Part shown: positions 28,751 to 36,041 of the stretch, in pieces
How the letters are laid out: every line of letters begins with the position of its first letter
Position numbering within the stretch: the stretch's first letter is position 1
NCBI GenBank assembly: GCA_913046315.1
Contig: CAJWRW010000003.1
Location: 1 to 60,134 of the forward strand
Reading direction: 5' to 3'
Length of the DNA: 60,134 nt
DNA from: an uncultured Flavobacteriales bacterium
GTDB taxonomy: Bacteria; Bacteroidota; Bacteroidia; Flavobacteriales; BACL11
The notes under the pieces: model-generated
Seen by the model: only the letters and a program-made list of their open reading frames with translations
Databases searched by the model: none
What the model was told of the DNA's origin: nothing
Translations under genes and position numbers: made by a program

Positions 28751-29197
28751 ATGGAAATGCCACAATTAAACTTGCCTTTTGCAGCCATCAAAACTAAATC
28801 AGTTGAAGGGACTATACAAGTTTTTGGGCAAGTAAGAAAAAATTATTTTGTTTTAACTCCTGAGGAATGGGTGCGGCAACACTTTATACATTACCTTAAT
28901 AAAGAAAAAGGATATCCATTGGGGTTAATGGGAGTGGAGAAAATGTTTAAATACAATCAGTTGCAAACCAGAGCAGACATTGTATTATATAATGCAAATG
29001 GGAAGCCAACTATGATTGTAGAATGCAAAGCACCAAATGTAAAAATAACGCAAGATGCATTTCACCAAATAGCAAAGTACAATTTCCGATTAAGAGTAAA
29101 GTATTTGTTAGTGACGAATGGAATGCAACATTTTTGTTGCAAGATGGATTATGAAAAAAATGAAATTACTTTTTTAGAAGAGATTCCTGATTGCTAA
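28751..29197 (+). CDS. Type I restriction enzyme HsdR N-terminal (PD-(D/E)xK-like) domain protein, stand-alone
   Basis: ~148 aa. The RADIVLYN...MIVECKAP nuclease-like core and the stand-alone form next to holA are common in Bacteroidota. I prefer the ATG at 28751 over the TTG at 28742. Confidence 0.75.
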   Translation: MEMPQLNLPFAAIKTKSVEGTIQVFGQVRKNYFVLTPEEWVRQHFIHYLNKEKGYPLGLMGVEKMFKYNQLQTRADIVLYNANGKPTMIVECKAPNVKITQDAFHQIAKYNFRLRVKYLLVTNGMQHFCCKMDYEKNEITFLEEIPDC

Positions 29198-29463
29198 TTC
29201 TAATTTCTTTGTTAGTATCAATAAGGTAGCAGCCACAGTAAATTAACCCTAAGCTAATTTGCAATAATGAGCCATATTTTTGATTCACTAATTTTATAGT
29301 ACTCGATTTTTCGTATAACAAAGGAAGAAAAAGCAATCGGCACTTCTCCTTTTACACATGACATCCAAACGATAAAAGTGACAAATCCCAAAACATCAAA
29401 TATCTAAATATTGGGTAAAATAATTACTGGTAAACCAATAAATGAAGAGAACAGTCCACATTT

Positions 29464-31731
29464 TTATTTACTCTCTTGCTTGATTAAATTCAGTGCAGAA
29501 CCTGCTTTAAACCAATCTATTTGTTGCTGATTGTAAGTGTGGTTCAGCTTAATAAAATCAGTTGTTCCATCAGCATGAGCAGACTCTAAAGTAATTTGTT
29601 TTTCTTCAGAAAAATCAGCTAAATCTATAAAACTGAATGTATCGTCTTCTTGTACCAAATCATAATCAGATTCATGCACAAAAGTTAATGCTAGCATGCC
29701 TTGTTTTTTAAGGTTCGTTTCATGGATTCTAGCAAATGATTTTACAATAACTGCTATTACACCTAGATGTCTTGGCTCCATAGCCGCATGTTCTCTTGAA
29801 GACCCTTCTCCATAGTTGTGATCTCCTACTACAATCGACGTAATACCTGCAGCTTTATACGCTCTAGCTACATTCGGAACCTCATCAATTTCTCCATTTA
29901 TTTGATTTACAACAGCATTGGTTTTTTCTCCAAAAGCATTTACTGCTCCTATCAAACAGTTGTTAGAGATATTGTTTAAGTGTCCTCTGTATCTTAACCA
30001 TGGTCCTGCCATAGAAATGTGGTCTGTTGTACATTTTCCTTTTGCTTTTATCAAAAGTTTCGCTCCTAAAATATTTTCTCCATTCCATGCATTAAAAGGT
30101 GTCAATAATTGTAATCTGTTAGATTCAGGATTTACAACTACTTCTATATTACTTCCGTCTTCTGCAGGAGCTTGATAACCATTATCTTCTACATCAAATC
30201 CGTTGGGTGGGAGCTCGAATCCTGTCGGTTCTGCCAATTTAACTTCTGCTCCATTTTCATTTGTAAGTGTATCAGTAATAGGATTAAAATCTAATCTTCC
30301 AGATATTGCAACAGTAGCTACAATTTCAGGAGATGCTACAAAGGCATGTGTGTTTGGGTTGCCGTCAGCACGCTTTGCGAAATTTCTATTGAAGGAATGT
30401 ACAATTGAATTTTTCTCTTTCTTTTCCGCTCCTTCACGGTCCCATTGTCCGATACATGGACCACAAGCATTGGTGAAAATTCGTGTTGATGCAAACTTAT
30501 TAAATGTATCTAAAATCCCATCTCTTTCTGCAGTATACCTCACTTGTTCTGATCCTGGATTGATCCCTAAAATTGCTTTTGGTTTTATTCCTTTATTTAC
30601 TGCATCTTGAACAATGGAGGCTGCTCTTGTTAAATCTTCATAAGAGGAGTTAGTACAAGAGCCAATCAGTGCCCATTCCACATCTAAAGGCCAATCATTT
30701 TCAGTTGCTTTTTTGTTCATCTCAGCAACAGGAGTTGCCAAATCTGGCGTAAAAGGTCCGTTTAAGTGTGGCGTTAACTCAGATAAATTGATTTCAATTA
30801 CTTGATCAAAAAAATTTTCAGGATTTGCATATACTTCTGCATCTCCTGTTAAATATTTTTTAATCTCATTGGCAGCATCTGCTACATCATCTCTGTCAGT
30901 AGCTCTCAAGTATCTTTCCATACTTTCGTCATAACCGAAAGTAGAAGTAGTAGCCCCAATTTCTGCTCCCATATTGCAAATTGTACCTTTACCTGTACAC
31001 GATAAAGATTCTGCTCCTTCTCCAAAATACTCCACAATATACCCTGTTCCTCCTTTTACAGTAAGGATCCCAGCTACTTTTAAGATTACATCCTTTGGAG
31101 CAGTCCAACCGTTTAATTTTCCAGTTAATTTTACGCCTATTAATTTTGGAAATTTTAATTCCCAAGGCATTCCCGCCATTACATCAACAGCATCAGCACC
31201 TCCAACCCCAATGGCTACCATTCCCAATCCTCCTGCATTCACCGTATGTGAATCTGTACCAATCATCATTCCTCCTGGAAAAGCGTAATTTTCTAATACT
31301 ACTTGATGGATAATTCCAGCACCTGGCTTCCAAAAACCTATTCCATATTTATTACAAACTGAAGATAGGAAGTTAAACACTTCATTATTGGCATTTAAGC
31401 TGGCTTGTAAATCTTTATCAGCTCCTAGTTTGGCTAAAATTAAATGATCTGCATGAGCAGTAGATGGTACAGCTGCTTTACTTTTTCCTGCTTGCATAAA
31501 TTGCAATAGTGCCATTTGAGCCGTAGCATCTTGCATGGCTACTCTATCAGGTCCAAAATCTACATAGTCTTCACCTCTTGTAAATGCTTGCTCTGCATTT
31601 CCATTCCAAAGATGTGTGTATAGTATCTTCTCAGATAATGTAAGCGGTTTTCCAGTAGCTTTTCTAGCTGACTTAATTGCTTCTGGGTACTTTTTGTACA
31701 CCTTTTTGATCATTTCAATGTCAAATGCCAT
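29464..31731 (-). CDS. acnA: Aconitate hydratase
   Basis: 755 aa. Fe-S cluster ligand motifs [15 protein letters not shown] and [10 protein letters not shown]. The swivel domain is at the C-terminus. Confidence 0.95.
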   Translation of the reverse strand: MAFDIEMIKKVYKKYPEAIKSARKATGKPLTLSEKILYTHLWNGNAEQAFTRGEDYVDFGPDRVAMQDATAQMALLQFMQAGKSKAAVPSTAHADHLILAKLGADKDLQASLNANNEVFNFLSSVCNKYGIGFWKPGAGIIHQVVLENYAFPGGMMIGTDSHTVNAGGLGMVAIGVGGADAVDVMAGMPWELKFPKLIGVKLTGKLNGWTAPKDVILKVAGILTVKGGTGYIVEYFGEGAESLSCTGKGTICNMGAEIGATTSTFGYDESMERYLRATDRDDVADAANEIKKYLTGDAEVYANPENFFDQVIEINLSELTPHLNGPFTPDLATPVAEMNKKATENDWPLDVEWALIGSCTNSSYEDLTRAASIVQDAVNKGIKPKAILGINPGSEQVRYTAERDGILDTFNKFASTRIFTNACGPCIGQWDREGAEKKEKNSIVHSFNRNFAKRADGNPNTHAFVASPEIVATVAISGRLDFNPITDTLTNENGAEVKLAEPTGFELPPNGFDVEDNGYQAPAEDGSNIEVVVNPESNRLQLLTPFNAWNGENILGAKLLIKAKGKCTTDHISMAGPWLRYRGHLNNISNNCLIGAVNAFGEKTNAVVNQINGEIDEVPNVARAYKAAGITSIVVGDHNYGEGSSREHAAMEPRHLGVIAVIVKSFARIHETNLKKQGMLALTFVHESDYDLVQEDDTFSFIDLADFSEEKQITLESAHADGTTDFIKLNHTYNQQQIDWFKAGSALNLIKQESK

Positions 31732-31759
31732 CTGTATGTTATAGGTAAAATTAGGATTG

Positions 31760-31767
31760 CAAAGTTA
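31760..31767 (-). promoter_or_regulatory. -7 promoter box (TAacTTTG) upstream of acnA
   Basis: Forward CAAAGTTA. It lies 29 nt upstream of the acnA ATG (31731). Confidence 0.4.
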
Positions 31768-31795
31768 AGAAAAATTAAGGAAGACTAAATAATTT

Positions 31796-33064
31796 ATGCT
31801 GCTGCTTTTTGCTATATTGCGATTACCTATGCAAGTCTATTTCGAAAATATAAAAATTGCCATTGATGCCATAAGGCACAACCTGTTAAGAAGTATACTC
31901 ACTATTTTGATTATTGCCATTGGTATAATGGCGCTAGTTGGAATTCTAACTGCTATTGAATCAATAAAAGGCTCAATTTCAGAAAATTTCACATCTATGG
32001 GGGCAAATACTTTTACTATCAAAAATTATGGAATGCAAATTAGGGTAGGAAAGGATGGTGGAAAGCCCAAAGTATATCCACCAATAAATTATAGAAATGC
32101 TGAAGATTTTAAAGCTGAATATTATTTTCCTTCCAAAGTATCTATTTCATCTTGGGTGGCAGGAGCAGCTACTGTGAAATACGAAAGCTATAAGTCCGAT
32201 CCAAATATAAGTGTATGGGGAACAGATGAAAATTATTTATTTACATCAGGCTATGAGTTGTCAGAGGGTAGAAACTTTTCGTTAGATGAGATTCATTTTG
32301 GTAGAAATGTCGTTATTATTGGAAAAGAAGTTAATGAAAAAGTTTTTCCTAATACATCAGCTATTGGTAAGACTATAAGTGGAGGAAATTTGAAATTTAA
32401 GGTTATTGGCGTGTTGAAAGAAAAAGGCTCTGCAATGGGCTTTGGTGGAGACAAAACAGTACTTATCCCAATTACTTATGCAAGGCAATTTTTCAGCAGA
32501 AGCAACCAATCGTTCACCATAAGCGTGATGTGTAATAAGGTAGAAGACTTGGATCCTGCAATTGGAGCGGCCATTGCCAAGTTCAGGAGCGTTCGTAAGT
32601 TAAAACCTGTTGAGGAAGATGATTTTACCATTGTAAAATCTGATAATTTGGCCAATATCCTTATTGAAAACATTCGCTATGTTACCCTTGCCGCTACCTT
32701 AATTGGAATCATTACCTTAATAGGAGCTGCTATTGGTTTGATGAATATCATGCTTGTTTCTGTTACAGAAAGGACAAAAGAAATAGGCACAAGAAAAGCA
32801 ATGGGGGCTACTGCCAATTTAATAAGGGGTCAGTTCCTTACAGAAGCCATAGTGGTTTGTCAGTTGGGTGGATTGGCTGGTATAATTTTGGGTGTACTTG
32901 TTGGGAATTTAACTTCTTCTTTTATTGGAGGGATATTTGTAATTCCTTGGCTTTGGATTTTTTGTGGTATTACACTTTGTATTTTGGTTGGAGTAGTTGC
33001 TGGAATTTATCCAGCATTGCAAGCTGCTAAACTCGATCCTATTGAGGCGTTGAGATACGAATAA
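31796..33064 (+). CDS. ABC transporter permease, MacB/FtsX-like (no adjacent ATPase)
   Basis: The N-terminal TM helix follows IKIAIDAIRHNLLRSILTILIIAIGI. There is a large periplasmic domain and a C-terminal FtsX 3-TM bundle (ERTKEIGTRKAMGAT). The real start is possibly the second ATG at 31829. Confidence 0.85.
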   Translation: MLLLFAILRLPMQVYFENIKIAIDAIRHNLLRSILTILIIAIGIMALVGILTAIESIKGSISENFTSMGANTFTIKNYGMQIRVGKDGGKPKVYPPINYRNAEDFKAEYYFPSKVSISSWVAGAATVKYESYKSDPNISVWGTDENYLFTSGYELSEGRNFSLDEIHFGRNVVIIGKEVNEKVFPNTSAIGKTISGGNLKFKVIGVLKEKGSAMGFGGDKTVLIPITYARQFFSRSNQSFTISVMCNKVEDLDPAIGAAIAKFRSVRKLKPVEEDDFTIVKSDNLANILIENIRYVTLAATLIGIITLIGAAIGLMNIMLVSVTERTKEIGTRKAMGATANLIRGQFLTEAIVVCQLGGLAGIILGVLVGNLTSSFIGGIFVIPWLWIFCGITLCILVGVVAGIYPALQAAKLDPIEALRYE

Positions 33065-33118
33065 AAAAACCCTATCTACAAGAAAGGGCTTCTTTTTATT
33101 ATTTTCTTAATAGCTAAG

Positions 33119-33565
33119 CTATTCAGCAATAACCTCAAAAGGCACGCTTACACTTACACTTCTGTGTAAACGAATTTCAGCCTCATACTTTCCTAATTCT
33201 TTAATGGTTGTAAGTTTCACAAATCTTTTGTCGATTTCGTGTCCTAATGCAGTAAGCGCATTTACAAATTGAACAGTAGTCACAGAGCCAAAAAGTTTTT
33301 GTCCACCGTCCGCTATTTTTGCTTTCACTTTAATATCCAGGTTGGAAATTACTTCAGCAATAGCATTTGCATCAGCAATTACTTTCTCCTCTTTTCCTGA
33401 TTGCTGTCTAAGTTTCTCTTCCAAAACTTTAATGGCAGAATCAGTAGCTAATACGGCTTTTCCTTTAGGGATTAAATAATTTCTAGCATAGCCATTCTTT
33501 ACTGTTAATACCTCATCAGCAAAACCAAGTTTTTCTATATTTTCTTTTAATATAATTTTCATCAC
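33119..33565 (-). CDS. rplI: 50S ribosomal protein L9
   Basis: 148 aa. N-terminus MKIILKENIEKLGF..EVLTVKNGYARNYLIPKGKAV. It is last in the rpsF-rpsR-rplI operon. Confidence 0.95.
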   Translation of the reverse strand: MMKIILKENIEKLGFADEVLTVKNGYARNYLIPKGKAVLATDSAIKVLEEKLRQQSGKEEKVIADANAIAEVISNLDIKVKAKIADGGQKLFGSVTTVQFVNALTALGHEIDKRFVKLTTIKELGKYEAEIRLHRSVSVSVPFEVIAE

Positions 33566-33568
33566 TAA

Positions 33569-33850
33569 TTATTTTAATAAGTCACCTACATAAGGCAAAA
33601 GCGCAATTTGCCTTGCTCTTTTTACAGCAACCGATAATCTTCTTTGAAATTTCAATGAAGTTCCAGTAATTCTTCTTGGTAAGATTTTACCTTGCTCGTT
33701 CAAAAATCGCATCAAAAAGTCAGGGTCTTTATAATCGATATACTTGATTCCCATCTTCTTAAATCGGCAATATTTATCTCTATTTCTTTTATCGATATCA
33801 ACTGGCGAGAGATATCTGATGTCTGTATTTGATTTTCTTAATTTATTCAT
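33569..33850 (-). CDS. rpsR: 30S ribosomal protein S18
   Basis: 93 aa. Motif [32 protein letters not shown]. Confidence 0.95.
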   Translation of the reverse strand: MNKLRKSNTDIRYLSPVDIDKRNRDKYCRFKKMGIKYIDYKDPDFLMRFLNEQGKILPRRITGTSLKFQRRLSVAVKRARQIALLPYVGDLLK

Positions 33851-34209
33851 GATACTGCCTCCTCTTTTTCACTTTTGTTAGTACTTAGTCTCTTTCTTCT
33901 TCTTTCGGCATATTCAACAGCATACTTATCTAATCGAACAGTAAGCCACCTCATAATTCTTTCATCTCTTTTTAATTGAATTTCTAAATCGGCTATAGCT
34001 TTGCCTTCTGCTTCAAATTCAATGAAGTAATAAAATCCTGTGTTTTTCTTTTGTATAGGATACTTCAATTTTTTTAATCCCCAATACTCTTCATTACCAA
34101 TTTTGGTACCATTGTCTTTTAGGGATTTTGTAAACTTTTTTACCGTTTCCCTCATCTGCTCTTCAGATAAGACGGGATTCATAATGAAAACGGTTTCGTA
34201 ATTGTTCAT
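33847..34209 (-). CDS. rpsF: 30S ribosomal protein S6
   Basis: 120 aa. N-terminus [21 protein letters not shown] overlap with rpsR. Confidence 0.95.
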   Translation of the reverse strand: MNNYETVFIMNPVLSEEQMRETVKKFTKSLKDNGTKIGNEEYWGLKKLKYPIQKKNTGFYYFIEFEAEGKAIADLEIQLKRDERIMRWLTVRLDKYAVEYAERRRKRLSTNKSEKEEAVS

Positions 34210-34245
34210 TTTTTCCTTTTTTGATTAATACTAATTTTCGGGCTG

Positions 34246-34253
34246 CAAATCTA
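34246..34253 (-). promoter_or_regulatory. -7 promoter box (TAgaTTTG) for the rpsF-rpsR-rplI operon
   Basis: Forward CAAATCTA. It lies 37 nt upstream of the rpsF ATG. A TTG (34275-34273) sits 19 nt further upstream, consistent with a -33 element. Confidence 0.5.
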
Positions 34254-34295
34254 ATAAAACTAATTAAATGTGCAAGAGGTGAATTGTAATATTTT

Positions 34296-34328
34296 TTTGC
34301 TCTTATTTGCTTAGAAATGTTACTTTTG
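34296..34328 (+). promoter_or_regulatory. Bacteroidota-type promoter for dnaX (-33 TTTG / -7 TActTTTG)
   Basis: TTTG at 34296-34299, a 21-nt spacer, then TACTTTTG at 34321-34328. It lies 27 nt upstream of the ATG at 34355 and inside the TTG-extended ORF listed from 34307. Confidence 0.5.
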
Positions 34329-34354
34329 TTTTTCAAAATTTTTTCAGAATTTTA

Positions 34355-36028
34355 ATGGGAAACTTCATTGTGTCGGCCAGAAAATATCGTCCTACAACTT
34401 TTTCAGATGTTGTTGGTCAGTCAGCTATTACTACAACTTTAAGTAATGCTATATCTGATAAAAATTTAGCGCAATCATTTTTATTTTGTGGCCCAAGAGG
34501 AGTTGGTAAAACAACCTGTGCAAGAATTTTTGCAAAAGAAATTAATCAGTTTGACAGTAATGAAAATATTGCAGACTACTCATTTAATATTTTTGAATTA
34601 GATGCTGCATCAAATAATTCAGTAGATGACATTAGAAATTTAACAGATCAGGTTAGAATTCCTCCTCAAATTGGTAAATACAAAGTGTATATTATTGATG
34701 AGGTACATATGTTATCTCAATCTGCTTTTAATGCATTTTTAAAAACACTTGAAGAACCTCCAGAACATGCTAAATTTATTTTAGCAACTACGGAGAAACA
34801 AAAAATTATTCCAACTATTCTTTCAAGATGTCAAATTTTTGACTTTAAAAGAATAGGTTTAGTTGAGATTGTGAATCATCTTCATTATGTAGCAGAGCAG
34901 GAAAAAATTAATGTTGAGCAAGATGCATTACATGTGATAGCACAAAAATCAGACGGCTCTTTAAGAGATTCTCTTTCAATTTTGGACAGATTATCAAGTT
35001 TTGATGATGCTATAACTTATCAAAATGTAATTGATAATCTGAATATTTTAGATCATGAGTATTATTTTCAACTTACAAAGTTTATTTTAATTAGTGATAT
35101 TTCAAATGTACTTTTACTTTTTAATAAAATTTTAGAAAATGGATTTGATGGACATCATTTTATTAATGGTTTGGCTACTCATTTTAGAGATTTATTGGTG
35201 AGCAAGGATGTTGAAACCATTGTGCTTCTGGAAAAAGGGGAGGATTTGAAAAAGCGATATCTTTCTCAATCTGAAAATTGTGAGCAATCGTTTTTGTTAA
35301 AAGGGTTAGATATATTTAGTAAATGTGATGTGCAATATAAAAGCAGTAAAAATCAGCAGCTTTTGGTTGAGCTTAGCCTCATGAAGCTATGCTCAATAGG
35401 AGTTGATGTGCCAAAAAAAAAAGAGTCTGATAGTATAGTGCTTCAACAACAAGATCCAAAGATTGAAAAAGAAGTAACTAAGTCAATTAATGAAATTAAA
35501 AAACAAGAAATACAAAATCATAATCTGCCAGAATCAGAAAAAAAGGAATCAGTAAAATCAAAACAGATTATTGAAAATAAAGCAAGCTTAATTTCTATTT
35601 CTGATTTGGAAAAGGAAGAAGAAACAAAAGAGCAAAAACAAAAAGAAAAAAAACAATCGGTATTCAGCAATCAAGAATTAATGGATGTTTGGAAAGGATA
35701 TGTAAAAAAGCAAAAAGATGAAGGGAAATCTAATTTTGCAGCTACTTTGGAAATGAGTAAGCCCACTTTACTTGACGATTGTAAAATTCAGCTTCAAATT
35801 GCTAACAAATCCCAAGAAGTAGTAATTGAAAAAGAAAAGATAGATTTGCACGAATTTTTAAGAAATAAATTACAACATGATAATATAGAAGTTGTCACAA
35901 AAATTCAAGAAAAAAATGATGAGGATAGAATACCTTATACCAATAAAGATAAATATGAACAAATGACAAAAGAGAATCCTAATTTGAACAAATTAAAAAA
36001 AGAATTAGGGCTTGATTTTGATTTTTAA
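34355..36028 (+). CDS. dnaX: DNA polymerase III subunits gamma/tau
   Basis: Motifs KYRPTTFSDVVGQ, Walker A GPRGVGKTT, DEVHML and sensor LSRCQIF. A K/E-rich linker and a tau C-terminal region follow. I prefer the ATG at 34355 over the TTG at 34307. Confidence 0.93.
   Translation: MGNFIVSARKYRPTTFSDVVGQSAITTTLSNAISDKNLAQSFLFCGPRGVGKTTCARIFAKEINQFDSNENIADYSFNIFELDAASNNSVDDIRNLTDQVRIPPQIGKYKVYIIDEVHMLSQSAFNAFLKTLEEPPEHAKFILATTEKQKIIPTILSRCQIFDFKRIGLVEIVNHLHYVAEQEKINVEQDALHVIAQKSDGSLRDSLSILDRLSSFDDAITYQNVIDNLNILDHEYYFQLTKFILISDISNVLLLFNKILENGFDGHHFINGLATHFRDLLVSKDVETIVLLEKGEDLKKRYLSQSENCEQSFLLKGLDIFSKCDVQYKSSKNQQLLVELSLMKLCSIGVDVPKKKESDSIVLQQQDPKIEKEVTKSINEIKKQEIQNHNLPESEKKESVKSKQIIENKASLISISDLEKEEETKEQKQKEKKQSVFSNQELMDVWKGYVKKQKDEGKSNFAATLEMSKPTLLDDCKIQLQIANKSQEVVIEKEKIDLHEFLRNKLQHDNIEVVTKIQEKNDEDRIPYTNKDKYEQMTKENPNLNKLKKELGLDFDF
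35413..35422 (+). other. A10 homopolymer (CCA AAA AAA AAA GAG) inside dnaX: candidate slippage/frameshift site
   Basis: This is the longest coding homopolymer I found in the window. The -1 frame reads AGA GTC TGA and the +1 frame reads AGT CTG ATA GTA TAG immediately after it. Confidence 0.45.
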
Positions 36029-36041
36029 AAAACCAAAAAGA

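Noticed and set aside
28742-29197. HsdR_N-domain ORF considered as a remnant of a type I restriction-modification system.
   Set aside because: No hsdM or hsdS gene and no helicase part of hsdR is nearby. This small stand-alone protein next to holA is a common conserved arrangement, so it is not an R-M relic.
30203-31313. Plus-strand ORFs of 135, 104 and 72 aa inside acnA.
   Set aside because: They are antisense to the highly conserved aconitase ORF. Their sequences are Pro/Ser/Phe-rich shadow translations.
33064-33100. Possible bidirectional terminator between the ABC permease gene and rplI (CCCT 33070-33073 / AGGG 33085-33088, flanked by A- and T-runs).
   Set aside because: It has only a 4-bp stem with an 11-nt loop, which is too weak to call.
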